A stretch of 63,947 nt of DNA, the filler included, from Reclinomonas americana ATCC 50394 (lineage: Eukaryota), in assembly GCA_048213135.1 (NCBI GenBank). It is 13 parts of 13 records of this genome, joined end to end, with 100 filler letters (N's around TTAATTAATTAA, not from the genome) between each part and the next. Parts side by side here need not be neighbours in the genome. Positions count along the whole stretch, not along the records: positions 11,374 to 15,237 come from AFZH01021978.1; positions 15,338 to 21,433 come from AFZH01021979.1; positions 21,534 to 29,216 come from AFZH01021982.1; 10 more parts are not named here. One strand, written 5' to 3'. The stretch's first letter is position 1. Every line of letters begins with the position of its first letter. Made by a program: the position numbers and the translations under genes. Of the stretch, positions 12,695-24,780 are shown in pieces. Under the pieces are notes generated by a model that did no database searches, was not told the DNA's origin, and saw nothing but the letters and a program-made list of their open reading frames with translations.

Positions 12695-14646
12695 ATGCGC
12701 GACATTGATGTGCATGTGATAGTCAACCCAGTGGCCGGTGGCGGGTGAGTCACCACGAGAGAAACACAGAGGAAAGACACTGCTTTCTCTCATCTATCGC
12801 ATAATGAAGCCGCGCGTGGAAGGTGTGGAGAGCGGTGGAACGCCAGTTACGTTCTGCGTCACTTGGCGCGTATTCCCTCTCCTGTCTCATGCGCAAGGAG
12901 ACAGATTTTCTGCGCTGTGTGAGGCACGGCATCGTCACCGGCATAGCATTCGCTCGTGCGAGGTGCACACGTCGGTTGGTGGCGCAGTGGACGAGGATGC
13001 GGAGGGAGTGGACGACATTGTGCCTCGTGTGACGCACTTTGTACGGCAGTTGATGATGGCACAGCAGGATCGATATGCGAGTTGCGTGATCATGATCTTG
13101 CAGATGATTCGCTGATTCTCCGGCGGTACGTCTTACCTCCGATCGGCGCAGACGATGGCGATGCAGGTATGTTCATGTGCTCTCATCAAGAGAGCACAGA
13201 CAAGGCTCCTCAGCTGGCGACTGTTTACAGCTCCAGTGGTGGTCGTGGTCGCGGTCGGTGGTGACGGCACGAATCATCAGGTCAGCACAAACATTCATGA
13301 TCCGTCTCTCCGTGGCTCGTCCTGGACTCAGTGTGCAGGTTGTAGGTGGCGAATGGGCTGTTGCATCCGCTGCGCAGCGATCAAGATGTGGTGCGGCATC
13401 GTTCATGAGTGCACTGTGGTTTCATGGTCACGTGCTGACGACTGTGCACACAGGACAACATGGGCAAGCTCGTGTATGAGCACACGCGCTACTGCTTCAT
13501 TCCCGCCGGCACGGGTGTGCACAGCTTTCTGTCTCTCCGTTGTGCCTATTTCTGATTCATGGCGCAGGTTCCGATTATGCACGCACGGTGACGTGCCCGC
13601 GAACCGGTGAGGAGTTGTTCGAGTTCATCACAGGTGGCTGGTATCGCATGCTGGACGTGGGCGCCTTGTCGTACCATCCCGTTGCGCTCGAAGATGCCGG
13701 TGATTTTCTGTTTCATGGTGGTCCACCTCCGCCACTGAGACCACAGCAGGTTTGTTGGCAGCCATCCTTGATCCTTTATTTTCACACTCGTTTTCATATC
13801 GTCATGCGACAGCTGCGCTACTTTATCAACGCATGCAGCACTGGCATGGGTGCCGAGGCGTGTGTGCGCAAGGAGACGCAAAGCTCATGGTGTCCGTGCG
13901 GCGCAGCGGCCTATGTGGTGAGATAGAATCCCGGCTGTGCCGTACGCACACAAAACGCACATCGACTCACTCAGTTTTGTCCCTGTACGCACAGTGGGGC
14001 TCGCTAAAGGTGAGCTTGTGTGCGAGTGCAAGCACTCTCACAATTGCAGTTCCCCACACGCATGCAAATCACAGAGCATGTGGAGCTACAAGCACCGGCA
14101 TGTTGATGTGCAGCTGAACGACGACGACCAGATGTATGAGGGCGAGCACATTGTCGCCGCGGCCTTTGGGATTGGTCAGTACTGCGGCAACGGCATGCGC
14201 ACGTTTCCGCAGGCCGACCCAGGCGACGGCTCCCTCTCGTTTACCATGTGGAAGAGTGCGTCGAAGCGCAAAAAAAAACACAGTTGGCTACTCTGCTACT
14301 GTATTCCGCTCACGCACTGGTGGTGCGCGCAGATTATGGATTCCTGGAGTCTCTGTATGTGATGCCGTCCTTGTTCTCGGGCAAGCACGTGAGTCTCGCC
14401 AAGACGGTGGCGCGTGAGGGTGTACACAAGGCACGCGTACGTATTCACGGACCGGCTGCCGGCATTGACGCGGCTGCCGGTCGTGAGGCGTACTCGTGGA
14501 TTGAGTGTGACGGTGAGCCGGTGGGTCACTGCCCCATGTCTGTGATGTGTCTGCCTTCTCGTCTGCCCGTGCTCGTGCCCCCAAAGCAACACGATGGTGG
14601 CGACGGCGAGGAGGAGGACGACGACGATGCCGATGATGATGAGTGA
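12695..14646 (+). CDS. Diacylglycerol-kinase-like lipid kinase (YegS/DgkB/BmrU type)
   Basis: VIVNPVAGGG, VAVGGDGT..QVANGL, FIPAGT|GSDYART, YFINACSTGMGAE, GQYCGNGM..FPQADPGDG, IECDGEPVG. Confidence 0.85.
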
Positions 14647-14744
14647 GTGGCGTCAACAAATGCAATTAATCTTCCATTCACTTGTTCCTGTCTCCGCTTC
14701 TCTTCCTTGTCTCTCCGTACCGCGCGTCGTGTCCGTCGAATCGA

Positions 14745-15712
14745 CTACGGCTTCACGCCGACCACCACACTGTAGTAGGCGTAGGTGGGCTCGCTGGTGA
14801 TGGAGGTGAAGCCGGCGTCGGAGAGGATGTCGCGCAGCTCGGCAAAGGAGCGCTGGCATCCGCGGGTGAACAAGAACATGTGCACCGAGAATGCAGTGGT
14901 GGTCTTGGGTCCGTCCAGCGAGTCACTCAGCAACTGCTCGTGCAAGAAGATCTTGCCGCCCGACGGCAGCGCCTCGAACGACCGCTGTGCCAGCAGTCGG
15001 CAATCGGCGTCGCCCCAGTCGTGCCAGATGTTGGAGTAGAAGTGTGCGTCGCTGCAATCGACTGAGCTGTTACACACAAGAGGGCAAGAGAGGCAGGTCG
15101 CGGAATGGAATGCACACGAACCAGGCCGGGAACTCGTCGGTGAACATGTTGCCGCGTGCGATGCTGACACGATCCTCCAGCTGCATCACACAAGACAGTC
15201 AGCACGTGGCGAGTGACAGGAGGTATCGTCGAACTCANNNNNNNNNNNNNNNNNNNNNNNNNNNNNNNNNNNNNNNNNNNNTTAATTAATTAANNNNNNN
15301 NNNNNNNNNNNNNNNNNNNNNNNNNNNNNNNNNNNNNCCAAGTGCGGTGGCTGCCTCCTCAATGGTCGATGGTGTGCGCAGGAGGTGTGCCATCAGGCCC
15401 AGATCGATGCTCACTTGCAGAACCGGAAGGTCGTGCTGTGTGGTGAGCAGGTGAGCGAGAGAGGGGGTGGGGGAAAGAGACAGAAGAGAGGGGGGAGACT
15501 TGCCTGCGACATGAAGGTGTCCTGGAAAGGAAGAGAGAGAGAGAGAAGCAGTCAGCGGTGATTGTCGGAGTGCATGCACACGTGCATTGTGTGTCTTACC
15601 CAGATGAGCCTGCGGGTGTGTGTGCGTGTCAGTGAGTGAATGAAGACACAGTTCACATGCACTCACGCAGAACACTCAACTTGTCATCGCTGAGCGGCAA
15701 CTTGATGCTCAT
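14745..15712 (-). CDS. SAM-dependent O-methyltransferase (Methyltransf_2/ASMT-like), spans the linker at 15238-15337
   Basis: N-terminus MSIKLPLSDDK|LIW|DTFMSQ|HDLPVLQVSIDLGL..; C-terminus GNMFTDEFP..FYSNIWHDWGDADC..L.RSFEALPSGGKIFLHE..GCQRSFAELRDILSDAGF. Confidence 0.85.
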
Positions 15713-15794
15713 GGTGAACGGAGAAATGAATGAATAGGACAGCTCGTCGCGTCTGTCATGCTGTACGTTACGTACGAATAACCAAAACAATGAA

Positions 15795-17506
15795 CTATTT
15801 ATGATAGGCGTGCTCGGTGAGCACTTGATACGGCGAGTGCTGTGGTGGCGAGACCGACGACGAGGACAGCTGTGGATTCCGATGTGACGATGAGAGCAGG
15901 TCGCCGGCGGCATCGCGCAACTGCGGATTGTGCGACGATCGATGCAGTTGGTGGTGTCGCGGATGCAGCATCTGCGTCGCTCGCGCCTGGATGTACGTCT
16001 CGCCGCGCGCCAGGGCCTCGCCAATCTCGCGGTCGGTCAGCAGTGCCCGTGTTTCGAGAATGGAGAAGATGCGTGGCACCAGCGGCAAGCTGTGCGACGG
16101 CGTTGGCAGGGAATTCGACGACATGGACCCCTGCAGCTTGTCCACGGCCTCACGTGCGGCGCGCACAGAGTTCAACTCGCCAACGGCTGCACCGCGCACG
16201 TCAAAGCACACACATAGCGTGCCGCCGGCGGTGGCGGTGGCCAGTCGTCGACCGGCCCACGAGGTGGCACACACATCGCGATCGGCACCACGAATGAGAA
16301 CAGTGCGGCACGGGGCGCCAGTCGACACGCGCCATATTCTTGTCGAGGCATCGGTGGAGGCGGCGGCCACGAATCGCCCGTACGTTGATTCGAGGCACAC
16401 GTCGCGACAGGGTTGTCCGGAGGCGGGCACGAATGCGTGCACGTGGCGCGCACTCACCGCATCCCACACGCGAATCACGCTGTCGGCGCCCGCGGTGACC
16501 ACCAAGTCGGTGAGCAGTGGGTGCCACACCAGTCCGCACAGTGGGCCAGTACACGCGGTCAACACGGACATGCACTCGCGCGTCGCCGTGTCCCACACGC
16601 GCAGAGTGCCGTCGACGGCCACCGACGCCAGTCGCGTGTGTTCCGCGGGCGAAAAGCGCACACGCAGCACACGGCCGTGATGGCCACGCATGCGGTGCGA
16701 GGAGCGCGAAACGTGGAGATTGCGCGGTCCACCGGCCACGTGCCACACGTGCACCACACCCGACTCGTCGCCCACAGCCACCGCATCCACCGACAAGTCG
16801 ATGCAGTGGCGAGCCACACTCGACGACAGCGACAAGGCCGAAATCACATCGCTCCCCACAGTGCTATTGCTCGACGGCGACGAGTCGCTGTTCGGCGACG
16901 ACTCAAACGACGCCGACGCCTCCAGCGTGGACAGCATACGGCCGCGTACCGGATCCCACAGCAGCGTCGTCCCGTCGGCACTCGCACTGCCCAACATGAG
17001 ACCCGACGGGTTCCACGCCACCGACAACACCGGCGACGATCCGTGATCCAGCTGCGCCAGCAGCTGCCCATTCAAGCAGTCCCACAAGTGCACCCTGAAC
17101 ACCCGCAACGTGTTGAGCATCACACCGACCACATATCATCAACCACGCAGTAATCGCAACATTCCATCGCGACTGGCCACAGCCAGCACTGCATTATCGC
17201 GTGGCGAGAACGCCACACATGAGATCCCCGTGTGCTGCTGCATGGTCCACTCCACCTGAATGCTCGACACGCTCTCCGCAGAGCTCGATCCTGACTTGCC
17301 ACACATTGAGAGCGAGGAAGAAATCGCATCTTTGATTGAGATCGATCTCTCTCTCCCCCTTTCTCACCAATCACATGCTCCAACTCCCGCAACCGCGCAT
17401 CCAGCGGAGTACTCGAGTCCTGCACACGCACCACATCAACGCTCACAGGCGCGTCTAATAGACACTGCAAGTGTGCTCCTGCTGCAGAGGAGGCGGCCGA
17501 CCCCAT
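15795..17506 (-). CDS. WD40-repeat protein, possible N-myristoylation (MGSAASS)
   Basis: About 7 WD repeats (VLSVAWNPSGLMLGSASADGTTLLWD; GHHGRVLRVRFSP..LASVAVDGTLRVWD; VTAGADSVIRVWD); start and end approximate. Confidence 0.8.
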
Positions 17507-17782
17507 TGTCGACGCGTGATGACCGCCCTCAGTGGCATCGTCGTCGGCGTGATCAGCGGCCAGAGTCACATCGACAATGGTCTGACGAGAGGGAGAAGTG
17601 AGGTGAGGAGAGCGGTGAGAAGAAGGAAATCACAGAGGATTAAGAGACCTCAGTGTCGTGTGACGCATGTGCAGAGCCCATCCACGAGCAGGCGCAGCAG
17701 CAGCAGCACAGTGAGAGACTGAGTAGAGGTGAGTAAAGAGAGAAGACGGAGGACGCGAGGACTTCTGTGATTCAACTGATTG

Positions 17783-20349
17783 ATGAGTGTGGAGAAGGCG
17801 GTTTTGAAGCCTGGTCTTGTGCTGACTGAGCTGCTGGAGACTGGCATTCTCAGCGATGTGTGTGTGCTCTTTGCGCCTGTGCGCATCCCTGCACACAAGT
17901 GCATTCTCATTCTCGAGGTGCAGCGTGACTCTCCAAAAGACCAGCCACAACGCACTCGCTCACTCTGTCTCTATCTCTCACATGCACAGAGCAAGTTCTT
18001 TCGACAGCGACTGGCCGACAGTGATGCGTTCTTCAGCACTGGAGGTGCACATGAGGTCGACTTGCGACGAGTTGTCCCCGAGTCGTGGACACTGGCGTGT
18101 GCAGAAGACGAGACCATGCAGGCAGCAGTGGCCGATGCAGTGCGCGCTCTTGTGCGCTACATGTACACAGGCACTGTCGAGGTCAGACTCTCTCATCACA
18201 CACTCGTTCAGTTGTGGTGCCCATGTCACTCGTGCGTGTGATAGATCACTGCAGCGACGCTGGTGCCGCTGATTGGTCTCGCGGATGTACTGTGTATGGG
18301 ATTGCTGCTGGAGGCGCTGGTGCAGCGCGTGAACAGGACGTTGAGTGTGAGCGGTTTTGCGCAGGCGCTGGCCACGGTGCCGCTCTTTGCTGGTGGGCAT
18401 GAGGATGCTGTCATGGCGGGGTATGCAGTGGCCGGTTGTGCTCGTTGTCGCGGTTCGCCATCTCATGTTGTGGCAGCTTTGAAAAGTTCTTTGAGAGTCA
18501 CATTGAGGAGTTCCTGGCCGATCCGACCACGGTGTTGCACTTGCCGCCGAAGCAGTTCAAGGCGCTGCTGGCGAGCTTGGATGGTTTGGCATGTGGGTTT
18601 CGTCGGCAAAGTCGCGCAGCCTGATTGCTGCGCGCCCTCGTGATGCAGAAACCAACTTTCCCGCCGGTGTCGAGGAGCTGACGTGCAAGTATCTGGAGAG
18701 TTGCGCGCACTTTGTTTGCTTCTCCCCAACTCTTCTCCTTTCGCCTGGCATCGCCTCACTCGCGCGCTGCGCAGCTGTGACGGGCCACCAGGGAGGCGAG
18801 GAGATGGACGGCTTGGTGGAGGACATTCTCGGTCTGCTGCCCTACATTTCGGCAGCGGGAGCTGTGCCGTTGCTGAAACGCCGCGCATTCGGCAACACCG
18901 AGTTGCTGCTCCACTGCGTGGATGCCGTGGCGCACCACTTTTCGGCCTTTGATCGGCAGGACCTGCTGGAGGTGCCGCCGATTGCCATGACTGAGATGCT
19001 GAAGTGCGTTGTTGTTGGGTGGAGATGTGTTATTGTCGGCTACCCACGCGCCTCGTGCTACGCAGGCAGGACACCCTGAACATGGACTGCGAGGACGATG
19101 TCTTTGCTTTCACGCGCGACTACATTCGTCACCACGAGCGCGAGCTGTCGGCGGACCAGGTCGTTGATGTTGCGTGCACACACGCCATGCTTCTTCATGC
19201 CATTTCCTTTCTTCCCCCGCTGACTCGCACCTATTCAGCTGTGGTCGAGTGTTCGTTTCGTGCTGCTGAGTCGCGACTCGGTCCGAGAGGCGCGAAGCAC
19301 GCCCACTATTCCACCGCGCATGCTGCTGGTGCTGATCGACATGTTTGTGATAAGCTCGCAGCAGGAACAGCAAGTGCTCCGTCTGTGCGTCTCCACCAAC
19401 ATCTGCGTTCTATGCCTGTGTGTGTGTTTTCACTCACCACTGCGGTGCAGCAAGGCTACTCGGCATCCGCGCAACCTCCGTTGCGTCAAAAAAACAGGTT
19501 TTCTCGCTCGATATTCACGCAGCGTCTCATTGTGTTTCTCGCCAGGCATGCATCCGCTGAGACTCAGCAGCACAGCCAAGGGTACTTCCGCTGCTGTGAC
19601 GCCAGACGGCCTCACTGCATCGCGCGTCGCGCCGTCCGACACATTCCACCAGGCAGTCGTGTATCTCGACGGTCCGCTGATGCGATGGTGCGTGGGCGGA
19701 GAGAATAGAGACTTCGCGCGGTGTGTCTGAGTTGTGTCGGCAGGCGCTGCGTCGAGGTGTTTCCCTACGGCTTCGATTTCATCATTCAAGACATGTACAT
19801 CAACGCCAGTTTCGTCGCCATTGCTGAAAAGGTCTTCAGCGTCCGTCTCATTTGCTGACGCGCGATGCTGTTGCAGGGTGGTCGGGTGGCGTGTCGTGGG
19901 GCCTGACTACGCGACCGCCTCCGGCAACGGCGACAGCACTTCCCAACACGGCCGTGCAGATCGAGTCGAGCTGCTTCTACTGGAACCGCGTGTTCATCAA
20001 TGGCGTCAAGCGCGAAGACTTGGAGGTGGGAAGGAGTGTGCGACAACGCGCTGGTGTAACTTCTCGTCGCCAACGAAAACATCTCTTCTTGCAGGTCCTC
20101 AATCCCGAGCACTTTTCGCCCGGTGATGTGCGTCGTCATCTCTCGCATTCTTTGCGTGCTAATACGCTCACCATCGCGACACAGAAATGCGGTGTGCGTC
20201 TCACCCTCAAGGGCGACGTGACCTTCCTGCGCAACGACGAGGTGCTCATCACCATTCACGCCTTCGAGCCGGCGACGGTGTGCGCCAGCGAAATCTACGG
20301 CGTCATTGACGTGTACGGCCGAGCCAAGACCGTCACGCTGCGCATGTGA
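17783..20349 (+). CDS. BTB/POZ-BACK protein with C-terminal neuralized-homology (NHR) domain
   Basis: LSDVCV..IPAHKCIL..SKFF..ALVRYMYTG (BTB); LNMDCEDDVF..LWSSVRF (BACK-like); WSGGVSWGLTT..GVRLTLKGDV..IYGVIDVYGRAKTVTL* (NHR). Confidence 0.75.
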
Positions 20350-20409
20350 CGCACTACAGGTCTACTCGATTCACTACGATGGCGTTGACACACACGAATG
20401 TCAACATTG

Positions 20410-21382
20410 TCAACATGGACTGCCACTCGCGCCCGCCGACCCGCGCTCCACCAGCGGGAAGTCCTGGATCCACACAAACTCCTCCTTCCACTCCTGACGC
20501 TGTCCACCGCAACTGTGCGCACACGAGTAGACGACGATGGTGCCCCAGTCGACGGTGTGACCGCGCAAACTCGCCTCCACCTCTCCTTCGGGTTCCACGT
20601 CGAGGAAGTGCAGCAGTTGTGGGAGCACCTGTGTAACACAGAGCGTGAATGAACACTGCGGTGGAGAATTACGGCGGTGGTTTGCGTTGTTGTACCTGGA
20701 ACTCAAAGTCGCGCACACTGCCACACGATTCGCACGGTGGCGGGCCAGACAGCTCCGCTGCCGCCGCAGAAGACGATGACGACGGACCGGCCTCGTCCGT
20801 GGCCACCGTCGCAGCCGCCGAAGCCGTCGCGGTGGTGGTGGTGGTGGTCGTTGTTGTGCTGCTTGGCGCACCACCGAGGCAACCCCTCGTGCACACCCAC
20901 AGCGGGGAACCGAATCCGTCGGGTGCATACCTACGCCGAGAACGATGAGTCGCAGGGAGAGGCACGCAGAAGGAGTACGATAAAAGACCTCAGGACTTGA
21001 TCAGGCGCAGCCTTGGTGACTCGCTGGAACCGCACAAACACCGGATCCTGATCCGGCAGCAGTCCCTCCAGATCCGAGTCCTCGATCTGCGCGTTGGCAT
21101 ACTTTCTGCACGGAGCAGTGAGCGCACTCGTCATCGTCGTCGTCATACCAGCCACCACTGTTACATCCCCACGAAACTGTGTCAAAAGCTCGATCTCACG
21201 AGCAGTGGGCTCCGCGGCATCGCCCTCGTCGTCGCCATCCTCGTCATCTTCCTCACCACCAGAATTATCGCCGTTGGAGTGGTGCGCGGTGGACGCCGCA
21301 GCAGCAGCAGCACGCGCAGCTCGAGCACTCTCCTCATCCTCATCCTCAATCATCATGTCGTACTCAGGGAACGGCGTCACCT
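20410..21382 (-). CDS. PDCD2L: PDCD2-like / Tsr4 protein (PDCD2_C domain), 5'-partial
   Basis: DPVFVRFQRVTKAAPDQVLR|Y..PLW..PPCESCGSVRDFEFQ|VLPQLL..DWGTIVVYSCAHSC..WKEEFVWIQ. Confidence 0.8.
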
Positions 21383-21608
21383 CTGCGTCACCCCACATGA
21401 GCCACAGACACATGCGCACGTGCGGGAACGCCANNNNNNNNNNNNNNNNNNNNNNNNNNNNNNNNNNNNNNNNNNNNTTAATTAATTAANNNNNNNNNNN
21501 NNNNNNNNNNNNNNNNNNNNNNNNNNNNNNNNNTACGTACGTACGTACGTACGTACGTACGTACGTACGTACGTACGTACGTACGTACGTACGTACGTAC
21601 GTACGTAG

Positions 21609-21610
<2 letters not shown>

Positions 21611-21701
<91 letters not shown>
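21611..21701. repeat. (GT)n microsatellite
   Basis: Perfect dinucleotide run at a contig start. Confidence 0.95.
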
Positions 21702-21702
<1 letters not shown>

Positions 21703-21747
21703 ATGTGCTATAACAGTGACTCTCGCCTCAGGCTTGGCAGGAATGGT

Positions 21748-21975
21748 TTATTCAGGCCTTTCTACACTTGCCGCATTCTTCTCAGTTGCGGCATTCTTGT
21801 GCTGCAGCTGCCTCGCGGCAAGAACGGACTCCTTTGCTCTCTTTATCATCTTCTCAACATCAGCAGCGTGCTGCTCCATGCGTTTACGAAACAGAGCCAT
21901 TGTGCGATGGATACTGTCTTCTGCGGCTGCGGCCTCAGCAATGCGGTACAGTCGCAGCGCGCCGCGACTGGTCAT
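21748..21975 (-). CDS. Small hypothetical helical protein (last exon; 5' structure unclear)
   Basis: 75-codon Ala/Lys/Glu-rich ORF; acceptor-like CCAG near 21968. Confidence 0.3.
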   Translation of the reverse strand: MTSRGALRLYRIAEAAAAEDSIHRTMALFRKRMEQHAADVEKMIKRAKESVLAARQLQHKNAATEKNAASVERPE

Positions 21976-22271
21976 ATGATAGGGACAAGTGAGCTCTCGC
22001 AGCGCGTGCGTTTTGCAGTTTCTTCGACCCGTTGTTTACATAATCAGTGTCCCACATGCAGCAGAGACATGTTGCCAGCGCGGTGCTCCGCAGCTGAACT
22101 GGTAGTGGAGATCGCACGTCTCGCCTCTTCGCCACGGACGTCAAGAACTCACAGCACTTAAAAAACTATGCATGTAAGTCGTTCGCGAGCGTCCTGGTGC
22201 TCCATTCTTCGTTACCAATCCGCACCAACAGCGCGCTGACTGCGGCGTGAGAGTGAGTGAGTGTGTGTGCC

Positions 22272-24780
22272 ATGCTCGTCCGCTTGCTGTGCAACCGTCT
22301 CGTTGTGGCGCGGTCTCCGACACTGCGACTCAGTTCCGTGTGTGGGGTCTCCTTGAACGTTGTCTCTTCTCCGCTTCGCTTCCTCACTTTGACCTCCGCA
22401 ATCCCTTGCTTGTACGACATAACACCAGAGCCAGCCTTCACTCCTGCTGTGCGTGCTGTCCATGGGAACGCTGCGCCACTGCCTGGTGTGGGAAGCGGTT
22501 TGTTTGTGGAATTGTAGGATTTTATCCAACTCTACTTGTACTGATTCACTCGGCTCTCAGCAGCTATCTCCAGCGGCAGCGGCAGCGGAGGCGGCGGCGG
22601 AGGGAATGCTGGCACTGGCAAAGTCATGTGGACAGGTACTTTTTTTACTTTACACAAGGCAGACGTCGACCTTGAATGACCTCGCTGTTTTCATCAGTCA
22701 TGTCAGTGTTGGCTGCCGCTGCCACGGCTGTCATTGGGACATCGATGTACTGGATGGAGAGATGAAAGGGTGAACACGACCAGGAACGACTGAAACGTGA
22801 ACGAGAGGTTGCGATGCAGGCGGCAGAGAAGCACCAGCGTGAGAACGTGGCCCCGCTTCGAGCGTTCGTCGACGGCAAATTTGATCCTCCTCTCAAAGTG
22901 CGTCGTTGTAAGCCTGTGGCCCGTGAGCGCCGATGGCACTCTGTTTATCTAATCGTTTATCTGACGTCATTGCAGGCTGCCGGACACTTGGTCGAGCTTC
23001 GAGACGAGCGGTTCTTCGATGTCATCATTGGTGAAGTGCTCAACGCCCACCACGTCGGTGTGGAGAAGGTCGGTTTGATCTACGTCGTGGTTGGCGATCA
23101 CTACTGTGGCAAGTCGACCATGATCCGTCACTACGCACAACAACTGAACGAGGGCAAGCTGCCGAAGCGAGAGCTTGTCCATCAGTCGCCGGCGGCTGGC
23201 AACCCGATGTGGCGCGTCACGACGGAGGACTATGTGGTGCGAGGTCGACCGCGGAAGGGCGGAATCGTGTATGTGGGTCCCTTCGGTACCTTTGAGGACA
23301 GTGATAGTACGGCCCCTGCTACAGCCTCCGCAGTGGATTGCTATGATTGCCTCACTCACTTTATCACAGAGGCAACTGGAAAGGAAATGGCGCAGTGGCT
23401 GGTGTGGCCTTTTCTGGCCGGCACGGACCAGTACGCGGGTTTGTGTGAATATGCTTGTCCGACGAAAAGTCTGCGCGTGCTTTGCCATGCCAACTGATCA
23501 GATGCTCTATTAGAGATCAACAACATGACAGACGCAGCCAGGGTCATCGCATCTGCGGCCGCGGAGTACAAGAAGCACGTCGGTGAAGAAGCCCGACCGG
23601 TGTTTGTGATTGACGGCATCAACCAGATCCGTGGCGAAGTACGTGCAATGTTATTCACGACTCACTGCGTTCACTGTCTGACTTGGAGATTGTTTGCAGG
23701 CCATGTCTATGTTCGTGGGCTTCTTGAAGTCCATCAGCAGCTCAGTTCAGGTGGTGCTGGTGTTGAGTGGACGCCGCGCGCTGCCGTTGCTGAGTTGCGT
23801 CTGCCCTGCATGTCATGTGTTCGCCTGTCATGACTTCATGAGCTGACCAGTGAGACCATGGCAGAGGAGCACGCAAGGGGAGAGTGGACGTACTTCGATG
23901 AGGGTCAGTGGCCTGACTTGACGAAGGAAGATTGCATGGAGGTCCTTGAGCTCTTCAGTCCGAAGATGTCGCCGAAGGGTCGACAGTTTGTGGCGGATGT
24001 GGCGGGCGACAACCTGGGTCTGGTTAGGCGGGTTGCTGCCCGTTTCAATGCTCGTCAGAGGGAGGACGGTGAGATTATTGTGCTGATTGGCTCTTGTCAG
24101 AGTTAAGTGAGGGAAGTTTTATGACGGTGTGGTGCGCGCAGGCGATGAGGTGGAGCTTGTCTCGTGGGCTGTTCGCGATGTGTTGGAGAGGGAGATCGCC
24201 GCGTCCCGTCTCAATTTCTTTCACCTGTTGCACGCACCGTATGGTTGGCTTCTTGCGAAGGCGCTGTGCGATGAGTGCAACAAGAACAACAGCCAGAACG
24301 ATTCAGCCGGCGGCGCACCCGGTGGACGTGAGAGGATCCCACCAACAGCATCTCTCCCAAGTGAAACTGTCGCAGGTGTTCTCCTTCGACAGTGGATGGG
24401 TGAGCTTGGCGAGCTCCACCAAGGCGACCGAGTCGATGAAGTTTTTGAGGAACTGACGCACAGCAGCAGTGGACAAGTTTTCAGGCAAGTTGGCGATCGA
24501 GTGCAACTGCACTCTCAAGCCATGCAACACTTCCTGTGCGGCGACAAGAAGCTGCTGGAGAAGTACGCGCACACGCGGCAGGCATTGATCGGCGGCGGGA
24601 GCGGTATGCTTGAACGCTGCGTCCAGTAGTTACCACATGCTGTATGCATGTAGTGCGTTTGAGATGCATGTGGCGATCATGTTTGCTGACTTTTGAATAC
24701 GAGCAGAGAGGGCGCGCGACATGAGGGAGGACCCCAAGGTGGCTGCAACTCGCGTCAGGGTTGGACTTCGACAGCGTTGA
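22272..24780 (+). pseudogene. Mitochondrially targeted single-TM P-loop NTPase (AAA+-like), copy 1; in-frame TGA at 22763
   Basis: Presequence MLVRLLCNRLVVARSPTLRL|KPAFTPAVRAVH; TM VMSVLAAAATAVIGTSMYW; Walker A GDHYCGKST; Walker B VFVIDG; single nonsense codon, frame otherwise intact. Confidence 0.6.

Noticed and set aside
21534..21606. (TACG)n array, with degenerate versions at 54920-55010 and 55111-55153
   Set aside because: Occurs only at contig ends next to long (CA/GT)n runs and equals the TACG flow order of pyrosequencing; most likely a read-end artefact rather than a telomere or satellite.
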